This document shows positions 12,875 to 26,758 of a DNA stretch of 64,000 nt, one piece after another. Source of the DNA: Salpingoeca rosetta (lineage: Eukaryota; Protista; Choanoflagellata). The stretch's first letter is position 1. Every line of letters starts with the position of its first letter. The notes below the pieces were generated by a model. The model saw only the letters and a list, made by a program, of their open reading frames with translations, had not been told where the DNA came from and searched no databases. The DNA is taken from NCBI GenBank assembly GCA_033442325.1, contig JAWQFM010000005.1, forward strand, positions 1,923,665 to 1,987,664. The letters are read 5' to 3'. The position numbers and the translations under genes were made by a program.

Positions 12875-13903
12875 CTTTGCGTCGCGTTGATTGCTGTGTT
12901 GTTTGGTGATTCCTTGTGCCTTCTCACGTTTGGATTGTTTGTTTGTGTTCTCATCCCTCCAACCTGTCCCCAAGCCTCTAACTTTGACTCTGACTGGCGT
13001 GAACCACCCCGCCAACCATACCAACCAACAAACAAAACAACACACCACACACACACACACCTTCTTTCCAGAACCGGATTTCCACCTGCCAACACACCAC
13101 ACTCGTTTCTTTTCCGCCTATTTTGGTTTCTCAACCCTGCACCTCCTCCATGTTTGAATGTTTTGTGTTGTGCGCGTGTGTGTATGTGTTCATGGGCGTT
13201 TGTGTGTCAGAAATAAACCTCAAGAAGGTTCTCAAGTTGACCAACACACACTGAAGCAAGCAAACAAGCAAACAAGCGCGTGCTCGTGCAATGTCATTGT
13301 GTAGTTCGTTGCCGCTAAGGCATCACCACACTGCCTCTCCACCCCTCTTCCCACTTGCGTTTGCTCCGACAGCGCAAGGGATTGTGATATGAAATCACAA
13401 CACAACACATCACATGTATCATCACATGTCGACAAACACATGACATATCTTGTCTGTCACATAGGTCATTCGACAAAACTTGTGTACTCCAACCAACACA
13501 ACAAAGCCACTCAGCATACAACAGACAACAAAACACAGGTCAACGGCTCGCTAAGGAAAGGAGAGAGTAAGCGGTAAGAAAAAAGGCTGAGGAGGACAAA
13601 AAAGCAGCTGAACAAATGGAAAATCATGAAACGTTGCTTGGTCAAGCAAGCGAGGAGTGCGTGGTTATCTGTAGGTACAAGGAGATGGAGCAGAGTTCGC
13701 ACTCAGCAGCAAACACAAGCGACACAACGCACTTCACGACAACGACGACGACCGTGAACCGTTGTGCAGACCGCGGATTACGTACAACCAACTGGTTGCG
13801 TTGAGATGCAAACAGCGCAAGCAGGCAAGTTCCAGGGCAGAAGACGTTGCCAGTCAGCGCGCACAACACAACACACAAGCCAGGTCGGCAGGCAATGTGC
13901 GAT

Positions 13904-13953
<50 letters not shown>

Positions 13954-14379
13954 CAACACGGAGGGAGCACAACCGCACACCCACAGTTGGCTGCTGAGTG
14001 CGGTAAACACTCGACAGGGCAGCGTACGCCGACGAAGAAAAGAACCGTACACATGGAATGCGGCGCCATGTGATGTACAAGATCGCACTTACACACACAC
14101 AGCGCGATGGGAAGAGGGGCAAGTGGACAGACGGATCAGTGCATACACACGCATACATACATATGGCATTTGAGAGAGATGGAGAGAGAGAGGGGGAGGG
14201 GGGAAGGAAGAAGGGGGTGAAGGATGACATTCAAAAAAAAAGTCACCACGTGTCCATGGCACGGACAATACAGCTGCACCGGCAACATGAATTCTTCGGA
14301 CACACAACGAGAATGTGTGCGTGTGTGGAAGAGGAGGAAGAAGCTCAAAACCAACAGTGCGTGGCTGGTCCTTCTGATC

Positions 14380-14444
<65 letters not shown>

Positions 14445-15041
14445 GCACAAAGCACAAAGGGTAAAGAGCTTGCTGGAAGGAGCTGAAGAATCAACGCACG
14501 GTGACAACCCACTCACTGGTTGAAACAAAACGCTGCCGGGCCAAAAGGATACAAACAACACCCTCCACTAGTGGTGGCAACTACCTACGCTTGGTGCTCG
14601 TTGGGCGCGGAAGGTGGAGAAAAACGCAACGCAAAGAGAGAGAGAGAGAGAGAGGGGGGGGGGACGAAACAGCCACACGTTGATCGGTGGTTGAAGTGGG
14701 TGAAGTGGAGAGGAAAAAACAACAGATATGTAAAAAGCATACAGCTATGGATATCAACACCCAACTCAAGCCACCCATGGACATGGATAGAAAGGAAAAA
14801 ACACGCGCCTACATACGACCATGGACAAATACAGAGCGGGGAGTAAGTTGAAACAGCAGAATCGACATGGACAGAACACATACAGACAGTTATCGGATTC
14901 ATGAAAGTGCCCTGGTGCAAGGAAAGCAGCCAATGACACTTGAAAAGGGGGGGGGGGAGCAAGAGAGGGGGATGAGACACACGCAAGTACAGAGAGCACC
15001 GGCGTGTGCTACTGGTCTTCTTGTGGTTGGAGAGTCAGCAC

Positions 15042-15223
15042 CTAGCGGCGCTGTGTACGCAGAGCCTCTGCTTTTGCAACAATGTGCTTGCCATAGTTGT
15101 AACCCCTGCCAGTCACATGAATGCACGCGCATTTGTGCACACGTGAGGGTGTGCAGCGAATAGTAACGCAGATCGCGTAGGCAGAAACCAAAGGCAGCTC
15201 GAGTTGTCAACATCCACACGAAA

Positions 15224-15254
<31 letters not shown>

Positions 15255-18200
15255 GTACAACACACACACACACACACGTACAAAACAGCACGCGTACACA
15301 ACACAACACAACACAACACAGACACGCACCGAAGGACTTCGCGGTTGGCGTGAATGTAGTCGAGAAGGGCCATCTGCGTCTGGCGAGGGGCAAACTGCAT
15401 GAGCGTCTGGATGACATAGTTTGCGTACTTGTCCTTCATCATGATGTGCAGTGGAGCAGCCGTGGTTCCGTCCGGCAGCGCAGTGCTGCGGCACAACTCG
15501 GCCACGAGCGAGGAAATCTGGTCCGCACGCGCAACGCGCAGAAACTTCTCAATCACGTTGCTGGCAAACTTGTGCTGGCTGAGCGTGAGGAGGTTGCCGG
15601 AGACGCAGTCCATGACCACGTCGCGGTGCTCCTGCTTGCCATGCTCGAGCACGTGCTGAATGACGTAGTTGCCGTACGCGTTCTTCATGAGGGAGGCACA
15701 GTCGTCAAGCACATTCTTGTACACAAGAGCCAGCTGCGTCGACTCGCACTGTTCAATCAGGCGCTGAATCACGCGGCAGCCGTACAGGTGGCGGGACATG
15801 GCCGAGGCCTGCCACAAGACACCACATCACATTCGCAGCAATTGCACGCAACGTGCACATGATGCGTTTGTCGAACAATGGGGCCGGTGGGCGGAAGTGT
15901 GAGCGAGTGGGCGCGACAAGAGCATCAAACCAGATGTGCAGTGGAAAGAGATGCGCACACGCATACACACCATCACAGACGAGCAGATGCACACGCGCGC
16001 ACGCACGCACACGCATACACATACACACACACCTGGCGCTCGCAGGCGGAGATGACAAAGCCGAGGTTGTCTGGGGAAAGCGAGGTGACGCACTTCTGAA
16101 TGACATGGTTGGCATGCTGATCCATGATGAGATCGCTCACATTGTATGCCTCCAGCTCCTTGAGAACAATGTTGCGCAGCTCGGCAGAGGTGACGGTGGC
16201 AAGGACCTCCTGCACAACACGGCAGCCGTAGTTGTGCATGGAAAGTGCCGGCACGCGGCCGCGCATGCCGTTGACAATGGCGTGCTGCACGGTGCCATCG
16301 CCATACTGCAGCAGCTTCTGGATGACGTAGTTGCCAAAGACGTCAGTCATGACTTGGTACAGCTGCTCGCCAACCTCCTCCAGCAGCTTGTGCATTTCTG
16401 CCGGCGTGGCAGACTCGATGCAGTGCTGAATCATGCGTGAACCGTGCTGGTCCGCCGACAGCTCGACAATGCGGCCCGCGAGGTCCCGCAGCCGCGTGCT
16501 GCTGTCGAGGTTGAGGCGACGGAAGGTGTTCTGCAGGCCGTTGTTGCCGCGCCGCGGCGTGCCGCGTTCGGCGCTGTTGCGGCTGCTTGATGGGCGACGC
16601 CGGCCATCCCTGTTGTTGTCGTGGGCGTTGGCGGTGTTGACGTTGTTGTTGCGTGGTTGGTCGGGTACGGCCGGGGGTTGCGCATGAAAGGCGTGCGGAT
16701 GATGCGCCACAGCGTGTTGGGGATGCAAGGGTATTTGCAGGTGCGAAACGGCAGCATGGCCATGATGCGGGTGCACATGCGAATGATGGGGAGGAAGTGG
16801 TGCGGGTGCGCCGGGGTGGTATTGTTGTTGGTATTGGGGATGATATGGTTGTTGATGATAAGGTTGTTGTTGGTGTGGTTGTGATTGTTGCACGAGTTGG
16901 TGCGGTTGGTGGTGTTGCACAAGTTGGTGTGGTTGTGATTGTTGTTGCATGGGTGCATGGGAAGCGCGGGGATTGTATTCCGGATAGGGGTTGTGCGCGA
17001 GGTGGGGTGATGGTGCGGAGTGCGGGTGTTGAGGTTGCGGGAATTGTGGCGGGACGTGGTGGAGTGCGGCCGTTCCAGACGTCGTTGACACGATATGGTG
17101 GTGGTTGTGGGGTGGTGCGTGGGGATGGGGCGCGTATGCAAGCGGGAGCGACGACGGAGGCGGAGGAGGTGGTGCGTGTGATGGTGGTGTCACAGAAGCA
17201 TAGGCAGACTGGTGAGTCGACATGGTTGTTGTCAGAGAAAAGCAAGACGGGAGAGCCAGCGTGTCAGGTCTTCGACAAAAGGAACGAGGAGGAAGAGAAG
17301 TGTGTGGCAATGTGTGCTGATGATGACACGAAGACACAACTGCGCCCAAAGCGAAAAATTAATTATCGTGGCGAGCGCGCCAATGCCAGTGTGTGACGTC
17401 AAGTGATGTGATGTAAAAGAAACGAGGGAGAGACAAGCGAGAAGACGAGTGAAAGCACAGAGGCCGCCCCAAGAGAAGACGGGTGGATGATTTGGCGACT
17501 CCAAAAACACGAACGAAGGAAACGGAAGCAATGGGGGAAAGAGAGACAAGCAGCGATGCAAGAGCATTGAAAATTAGTGCGGCACACATGCAGGGCCAGC
17601 AAGGGTGGAAACTCCACATTAAATTCCATCGTACCTGTCATGACTGAATTCAGTCGACGGTGAGGCCAATGGCGCGCCCGCAAACATGAAGGCGGACGGT
17701 GGATGGTGGGGATGACCGTGATGATGGAGGTGGTGGTGATGAGCGTGGTGCGGGTGCGGGTGCGCGTGGAACGGTGGGGCATGCCCATGCGGCTCCTCCA
17801 TCAGCGGGCCAGGGGTGTGGGGCAGGAAAGAGTGGGGGGTGTGAGGGGCAGTTGCAGGGCCGGGCGCGTGAAAGTGCATGCCTGGGGCCGGCTCGCTGTG
17901 GGCGCGTGCATAGCGATGGTTCGGCGGGGGCACCATGCCTGGCTGCATATGATGAAGGTGCTGCTGGTGGGGATGGTGGTGGGGGTGGCCGAGATGGAGG
18001 GCTTGATGATGTGGGTGCTGGGGTTGGAACGAAGCACCCATAACATGCTGCTGGGGTGGGGGTATGCCCTGCTGCTGTGGCGGTTTTTGCTCCTGCCGCT
18101 GTTGGGCAGGGTCATGCCGCTGCTGCTGTTGTTGCTGCTCCTGCTGCTGAGAAGAAGGGGGGTTGGCAGGCAGCCAGTCCTGGGACCCGGGCGCAAGCAT

Positions 18201-19001
18201 GAGGCCACCACTGCCACTCATTCCCGTGCCACCGCCCGTGAACATGTTTGGGTCGGCAGAGACGGACTTGGCACGCTGCGGGAACATGTACGCCTGCTGG
18301 AACTGTGGGTGGCGGGCCTGGGCGTGAGCGTGCTGCATGGCCTGTCTCTGTGGCTGCTGTTGTGGGTGCATTGAAGCGGACCATGGCTGGAACCCGCCGC
18401 CAGCGGAGGCCTGCGGCTGCTGGTGAAACTCGGCCTGGGGGCGCGCAGGCGTTGTGGCCACGCCGCTGTCATCTGCCAGGGGCGGGGAGATGTTTGCGCT
18501 GTCCGGCGCAGACATGTGCTGCGGCAGAGACCACCCACCCTGCTGCTCGTTTTGCGTCGTGGGCATGGGCCCGCTGGCTGTGCTGTCCTGTGGCCCCGCC
18601 TGGCTCCAAGGGCCTGCCCCGGAGAGCGAGAGCGATGCCAGTGCCGGCTCCAAGCCGGCGAATTGCTGCGGTGGCTCGGGGTACGGCGTGGCGTGTGTGG
18701 CCCAGGCCATTGCATCGTGAGGGTGCAGCGGGGTGCCGGGGGCCATGGTGCCGTGCGTGCTGCTGGTGTTGCTCAGCGTGGCCGCGGTGCCCACAGTGGA
18801 AGACGGCGTGCCAAAGGAGGGCAGCGCCGAGAGGCCGCTGTCGTCCTGGCTAAACGCACCGCCGCTCACGCTTGTGGTGAGGGGTGGAGTGGTCGGGCCG
18901 TCGTCAAAGACATCCGTGTCAGCGAGCGTGTTGAGCCAGCGCGTGTCATCGTCCTCAATTTTCTTGATGCTGCTCTGCGGATCCACGGCATCCATCGTCT
19001 C
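15042..19001 (-). CDS. PUM: Pumilio/PUF RNA-binding protein with 8 PUF repeats and a long Q/H/P-rich N-terminal region
   Basis: Repeats GSRMIQ, GNYVIQ, GCRVVQ, ANHVIQ, GCRVIQ, GNYVIQ, ASNVIE, ANYVIQ and the terminal YGKHIVAK. Exons approx. 19001-17635, ~17209-16033, 15808-15330, 15105-15042. The 17635/17209 junction needs a small intervening exon or a different splice site. Confidence 0.92.
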
Positions 19002-19220
19002 CTATGTGTGTATGTGTGTGTTTGGTGTGTGTGTGTGTGTGAGTTTGGGTGTGCGTGTGTGTGTGTGCGAGTGTGAGCGAGAACAAAGTGCCACTTGCAT
19101 ACATGACGTTGGACAAGACGAGCGACAGTAGCAACAGTGCGAGAGATGGCAGCACGTAGCGCGTGGGAGTGAATGAGTAGTGAAGCGGTGCAGTTGCTAT
19201 TTGGGAGGGATGGCACGCAC

Positions 19221-21240
19221 CTCCCACTTGCGCAGGTCGTGCTCGACCTTTGCTGCGGGGCTGTCCTTCTGATTGCGGTAATGATGACAATGATGATGAT
19301 GATGAGTGATGATGAAGTTGACGGCGGGTTTGCAGAGCGTGAAGACGTTAACAAAACGGTGCAAAAAAAATGCGCTCAAACGTAGCATGTGGGTCCCGGC
19401 ATCAAAAGAGACAAGCGCAAGTTGTCGGGCTTTGCGCCCTTGTCAATCCTACTGACTTCTTCTGTGTCGATGTTGGAAATGGTGGCGGTGTTGATGGAAT
19501 AGGGAGTTCTGGCAGTGTCACGCAAAGAAAGGGGGCAAACGTGTGAGAGTGGAGTGGGGTGATGTGGAACAATGTTGACGGAAAGTGGGTTGAAATGGCG
19601 AGGGCGTGAGACGTTGCAGAAACGCCTGAAACACAACCCAGGGAGTGAGGCCCAGACCGCAGCGATACGCACGCACGCACACAAAGAGCAGACAAGTTGA
19701 ATCAATTGCAGTGTTGGATAAGGGTCTGTGACAGAGGAGGCGAGAGTAGGTGGTGTGTGCTCTGGTGGGATCAACAGCTTGTCGTGCGGCGCGACCGCAA
19801 CACTCACCGTTTGAGGGTCTTGGGGTTGGTCTGAACAGAGCGCATGGACAATCGCAGAGAATAAACCAGAGCATGTGTGAGAACGACGCGAAGACGAGGA
19901 CACGATGGTGATCTCAGTCACGCAAGCAACGGCTTGGGGGGGGGGGAGGAAAGCACACTCAAGCAATCAACTAAGACAGAGAACAGAGGGGTGTCAGAAC
20001 AAAGGAACAATGGGCGTTGACAGAAGGCGAATGAAGCAAGGAACGTGGGAGCAGTTGGGATGGGTGGGGAGAGAACAAGCAAGAACAAGCGAAAACAAGG
20101 TGCCCTATAATCCAAAGGACACGGCACGTCGCAACGTCGCAAAGGCACAACGAGAATTGCTGCTTGCAGCTGCTTGCATGTGTGCAGGTATGCAGCGATT
20201 CTCGGGGCAAGTTGCTATGACTGCACTTTCTATCTGCAGGGCATGCAAGAACAGCGCACCGGTTGTTGATCGGCCTGTGGAGGAGATGCAGAGAGGCGGA
20301 TACCGCTGTCGCGAGACAATCGTTCAGAATCTGTCAATGCAGGCGAAGCCAAGCTTGACATCTGCAAACCCACCAAAGTGTAAGCTTTGATGTGAGGGAA
20401 TGTGCGATCGGATACGAGCGAGCGAGGAAGGGCATGGGAGCAACCAGGCAAAAAAAAAAAAAAAAAAAAAGGAGGAGGAGGAGGAGGAGGAGGAGGAGGA
20501 GAGGTTGAGGATGTCCTTTTTTTTTCTCCCAAGCACATAAACTCAAGGTAACATCTGACGCAGCCGTGCGTGCCTGCATGCATGGGCAAGCCATGCAGGA
20601 AAACAACGAAGCAGAGCGACATGCACACAAACAAACATACACACCATGGCGGTAGCAACAACGTACAGTGCAGCAGCAGCAGCAGCAGCAGCAAAAGGAG
20701 AGGCGCCGTGCGCGTGTTGTTGCCGTTGGCCCGCCAGGTGGTCTTGCCTTGTGAGGGAGCGGTGGGCGCAAAAGAGGGTTGGTGAGATGAGCCGATATAA
20801 CGTCACAGCAAACAATACACGATGGCAAGGAACTAGACATAGACACGCTCAAGCAGGAGCAACAGATCTATGTAGAGGTGGCAGGTTCTCAAACAAGCTA
20901 AGAGACAAGCGAGTGATCGATGTGGCAGCTGCAACGGCAAGGGATTGTGTCATATGGATACCAAGCGCATACACGAGCAACCCAACAACACAAAACACAC
21001 ATGCACACGCCAAGGAGAAACGATAGCCACCACGCGGTGTCTGCAAAAAGCATGCATCGATGACGTGTGGCAGGGAGGATGACATGCTTGCTCACCGTTG
21101 CTCTGTTTGGTGGGGGCGGCGGTCAAGCTCGAACGCGTATGGTTTGCTTCTTGTGTTTCTCTAGTTCCTTTGCCTTCAGAGTGGCAAGCAGATGACCAAG
21201 TGTGCGCGTCCTCCTTGCAACTGGGCCCTTGATGATCTGA
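19221..21240 (-). CDS. Candidate additional 5' coding exons of the Pumilio gene
   Basis: Small AG/GT-bounded segments (~21240-21096, ~20330-20261, ~19830-19808, ~19508-19457, 19268-19221) splice in phase into the acceptor at 19001: ...KQSN|DSERLSRDSG...QQP|TNPKTLKR|TPYSIN...TEE|KDSPAAKVEHDLRKWE|ETMDAV. No homology support. Confidence 0.45.
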
Positions 21241-22811
21241 CCTTGCTGTGGAGTGTGATGGATGGAAGAGACGAGAGCGGAGCCCTGCGTGAGTGGGAAA
21301 TGGTGGACAACCAATGCCGGCTTTGCACAGAGACAGGGAGACATCCATGAAGGCAGAAAAGGATAGGCAGGAGAGCCCATTGCTTGCTTCGTGCTCCTGC
21401 TTCTCCTGCGGTATGCTGACCTTTGTTTTTTGCTTGGCTTTGCTTGCTCCAGCGAAGACGGCGTCAGTGCTGGGTCGACCGATGGATGGATGGATGGATG
21501 GATGGATGGATGGATGGGTGGGTGAGGAGGCTCTCCAGGGAGGATGGAAGTCGCGGGCAGATAGGGGGAATGGCGATGTCTCACGGCTCAAAAAGAGGCA
21601 CAGCGACGTTAGTTCACTCGCTCACTCACCCGCACAGCAACGTGTGTGTGTGTTGATTCTGATTCCTGCTCCCTTTTTCTCTCTCCTTGCTTGCCTCGCC
21701 TTGCTGCTTTTTTGTGCGGGAGAAGGCAGCACAGCAACAACAAAGAAGAAGCAGCAGGGAGCAGGGAGGGGGAAGATGACGAGCAGTGTGCAAGCCCAGA
21801 AGCACATCCAGTCGGTAAACGAAGAAGCAGCAATCGTCGCTATCCACCAAGCTGGCGTCCAGCAGGGGAACAGCTGGGACTGCTCGCGTGCGCATTTGAT
21901 GTATGTGTTGTGTGTCCGGGTTATGTCCCACCGCTTGATGCATGCAAGCAATCCAAAACGAGGCACCGATCTCAACATCGTTGAGGCGCGTTGCACACTA
22001 AAAAAGCTTCAGATCAGTAGGTGCCCAGAGGTAGCCTTTACTGCGCAAGCGCATGGTTTGATGCACACAAGCAACGTCAAGATACAACGAAAGTGTCCTG
22101 TCCTGATGCGAACACACCTCCCGCGCAAAACTTAAACAGCAACAACAATGCACCCAAACAGGAAAAAACAAACAACGTGCTCAAATCACTCCAAACCAAA
22201 AATTGCGCGCCGCCAGTGTGTGTGTGTGTGTGTGTGTGGCCACGCCCGGACACACCACACTGTCAACAACAACAGAACGGCCACTTCTTTGCTTGCTTGT
22301 GCTCGTGCTGGGCCTCACAACTCAATCAATGGCTGGTCCACTAGCGCGCTCGAGCTTCTTCTTGTGCGTGAGGGCTTGCGTGTTTTTGTGTGTTTGCGCG
22401 TGTGCGTGCTTTTGTGTTTGAGTTGCCGGCTTGACTGGGACTTGTGCCATCAGATCACGAGCGGATCTGGGTTGTTCCTCGGCGTGGCATGTGTTGCTGC
22501 TGCTGCTGCTGCTGTCGGTGGCTGCTGTCGGTGGCTGCAACGAGAAGGAAAATGCTGGGCTCACCAGTGCGGCCCTCACCTTCATCCCAAACACACACGC
22601 GCCACTTGTTGTGATGGCTTGTCCACCTGGCATGATGTGACCACGCTGGCATACATGACAGCCTCACCTCGCTCGTGCCCTACTCTCGGTCTATACACAC
22701 CCTACCTCTTGCCCCCCTTCTCCTCAACCACTTCTTCTTCTCCTTCCCTCCTCCACCATCCAAAAGCTTCTGGCGTCGCCCCTCCAACCTACTAATACTA
22801 ATGCCGCATAG

Positions 22812-22860
<49 letters not shown>

Positions 22861-22975
22861 ACACTGGTTGCCTTGTCCCGTCATCACCTGCTCTCACGTA
22901 CCATCTCACTCTCACGCACCATCTCGCCTTCACGCTTGCACCGCAGCACAGCCGCAGCACAGCCGCAGCACGACA

Positions 22976-25074
22976 CTATCTGCGCTCATGCAGAAATTCG
23001 CAGCTGTCGCCCCGCGCACACCGGCCCTGGGCAAAGAACTTGCACGGGATCTCGTGCCGCGGCTTCCAATCCCGCCGCCGCCTGGCTGCGGGCGGCGATC
23101 GGCGATGGAAGTCACGCCGGTCCCCACGCCCATACCCAAACCCGGCTGGCGGGTGCTGGTGCGCGTGTGCGTGTGCTGCGACGGCGGCGGGGGCAGGACC
23201 GCGCGGCGGTGGCGGCGGGGGCGGTGAAGCGTGGGGGTGAGGGCGAGGGTGGTGGGGATGTGGCAGGTGGTGCTCATAAGGTGGTGGTCGCTCCTCGCGG
23301 TGCATGGGCGGCTGGGCCGCGCCAATATTCTGCCGATAACGGTCGTACCCAGCATACTCCACATGGGCATACTCGGGCGCCCCGCGCCGCGTGGGGCTCG
23401 CCTGAGACTCGCCCCATACACTGGAAGGGTCAAACGGCGCCGCAGGCGGTTGTTGCTGCTGTTTCCGATGCCGGACACAGCGAGCAAGGCAGGGGCAACC
23501 GTACGTGTGAGCAAGCCGAAATTGGAATGTGCAAGGCGCAGGCAACTTTCAAACAAGCCAAAAAGGACGGGGGCTGCTGATGCTCGACAGAACACACATC
23601 AAAACGGCATGTGCCGCGCGGCAAGCGCGTGGTGGCTGACATACCGAGGTGAGAGCAGCAGCCAGCGATTGCAGCGTCGCTTCATCGACAATGCTGGAAA
23701 CAAAAACCGAAAGAATAGGGTGTGGGCCAAGGGATTAAGCAAGGCAATATTCGGATCCATCAAGCAGTGAAATACACACAAACACAAAGGAAACAGGAAA
23801 GAAAGAGTGGAGGAGGGGGAGAACAGGCACAGACAGACAGACAGACAGACAGACAGATAACAGACAGACAGACAGACAGACACACACACACACACGCAAA
23901 CACACACACACACACACACGTGCACACACACACAGACACACACACGCACACACGTGCACACACACAGCCACACAGACACACACACGTACGAGTCATCGAC
24001 GTCCAAGTCTGTGATGGATGAGAGCATTTGCTGCTGCGGCTGTTGTTGCTGTTGTTGCGGCTGTTGTTGTTGTTCCTCAGCACGCATCGCCTCCATGGCA
24101 AGCGCTTCCTCGTTGGAAAGGGGGATGGTGGCGCACGGCTGTGTTGGTGCCGCTGGCTCCTCGTCGGGCTCTGCAGGGCTGGAAGGAACCTGGTTTTCTC
24201 CGCTGTACACGGATGCTGTCGGGTGGAAAAGCAAGGCGTCCGTGCGAAAGGCAAAACACGTGAAGATGAGCAAACCACGCCACATCATGTTGCAAGAGTT
24301 CAAAACAAGCACAGCAGCAGCAGCAGCAGCAGCAGCAGCAATGGCTTTGGCACGAACCAAGTGTCACTCGACAGCGCTGAAGTTGCTCGTCGCGCTCTGT
24401 GCTTTCTGCTCCACGCTCAAGCACCTGGCAAACCACACACACGAGCACACATCACGCGCAAGCGGTGTCAATGCTGCAATCCAACGTCTCAAGACAGGCA
24501 GACAGGCAGAGAAACAGGGGTAGGCATTCATGATTACACACACACACACACACGCGCACAGACACATACACAGATACACACACACACACACACAAGACAC
24601 ACACACACACACACAGACACAGACACACACACACACACAGACCAGTCCAGCGGAAACAGCTTGCAAAGCTTCTCGGTTGAGCGGGACTGGGCGGTGCCAT
24701 TCGAGTGTCGGCTTGATCTCGTGCTGCTTTCGCAATTCCTGCAACGCAACGCTGTCAACGAAGACGTGTCCGTACCACGGCAGTAGCCATGCACACACGA
24801 GCCATCATGCGTGAGTTGTTTCCAGGCGAGCCAAGACAATATTTTCCGTGGACCGACGAAGCATGCACGCATGTGATGCACAACGTGAATGCGAGCAGCG
24901 CAATACCGTTCTCGTTCATGTTCTCCCGACGCAAGATCCCGGAAGTGTTTCTCTGGAGGCATGGAGGAGGGCAAGCAAAGGTGAGGGCGCAGAATGAGCG
25001 GTTGGGGAGGAAACCTTCATTTGCAGAGATGGGCGGATGGGTGGAAACGGACATTGGGACAAGAGGACACAACC

Positions 25075-25113
<39 letters not shown>

Positions 25114-25151
25114 CGCTCACACACATACACACACACACACACACAGTCGCT

Positions 25152-25183
<32 letters not shown>

Positions 25184-26683
25184 CTGGATCGCTCCTCCTC
25201 CTCAAGTTCGTAGTATTTGATTTCTGCCAAGTCGGGCTTCCAGTGCACGCGCTTTTTCCTGCCACCAGCAGCAACAGCAGAGTCAAGGGCGAGTTGAGAT
25301 TGCGACCCATTGACAGAGCAAGAAAGTAAGCGACATTCCCTCCCACCGCACTTTCTTGCGTGTGCGCACGCAGTGCCTCCCTGTCCTTGTTGACAAAGGC
25401 GCATAACATGTCAGCCACTCACTTGGGTGGTGCAGGTTGCGCAGGAGCGGGTGCTTGCGCCATGGGTGGCGTGGTGGAGGCGCCAGCAGTCACTTTCGCC
25501 GGCGAAGCCTTCGGGGAAGGTGATGCCACTGTCAATCAATCCAACATACGGCCGCACAAATGACAGTGGATTAGACCACAGACACACGCACGGATGCACG
25601 GACACTCATATACAGGGTATGCATTGCACGAATAACTCAACAACAAGTTGCACGGCAGCACTCGCACTCACATGGACTCATGGCTGTCGGCGACGGCAGA
25701 TCCTCCTGCAATATTACGTGGGTGGAGTTACACGATGTACACGCACAAGTGAGTGAGTGAGTGAGTGAGTGAGTGAGTGAGTGAGTGGGAGAGTGAGTGA
25801 GTGAGTGGGAGAGAGAGNNNNNNNNNNNNNNNNNNNNNNNNNNNNNNNNNNNNNNNNNNNNNNNNNNNNNNNNNNNNNNNNNNNNNNNNNNNNNNNNNNN
25901 NNNNNNNNNNNNNNNNNNNNNNNNNNNNNNNNNNNNNNNNNNNNNNNNNNNNNNNNNNNNNNNNNNNNNNNNNNNNNNNNNNNNNNNNNNNNNNNNNNNN
26001 NNNNNNNNNNNNNNNNNNNNNNNNNNNNNNNNNNNNNNNNNNNNNNNNNNNNNNNNNNNNNNNNNNNNNNNNNNNNNNNNNNNNNNNNNNNNNNNNNNNN
26101 NNNNNNNNNNNNNNNNNNNNNNNNNNNNNNNNNNNNNNNNNNNNNNNNNNNNNNNNNNNNNNNNNNNNNNNNNNNNNNNNNNNNNNNNNNNNNNNNNNNN
26201 NNNNNNNNNNNNNNNNNNNNNNNNNNNNNNNNNNNNNNNNNNNNNNNNNNNNNNNNNNNNNNNNNNNNNNNNNNNNNNNNNNNNNNNNNNNNNNNNNNNN
26301 NNNNNNNNNNNNNNNNNNNNNNNNNNNNNNNNNNNNNNNNNNNNNNNNNNNNNNNNNNNNNNNNNNNNNNNNNNNNNNNNNNNNNNNNNNNNNNNNNNNN
26401 NNNNNNNNNNNNNNNNNNNNNNNNNNNNNNNNNNNNNNNNNNNNNNNNNNNNNNNNNNNNNNNNNNNNNNNNNNNNNNNNNNNNNNNNNNNNNNNNNNNN
26501 NNNNNNNNNNNNNNNNNNNNNNNNNNNNNNNNNNNNNNNNNNNNNNNNNNNNNNNNNNNNNNNNNNNNNNNNNNNNNNNNNNNNNNNNNNNNNNNNNNNN
26601 NNNNNNNNNNNNNNNNNNNNNNNNNNNNNNNNNNNNNNNNNNNNNNNNNNNNNNNNNNNNNNACAGAGATAGAGAGACAGACA

Positions 26684-26758
<75 letters not shown>

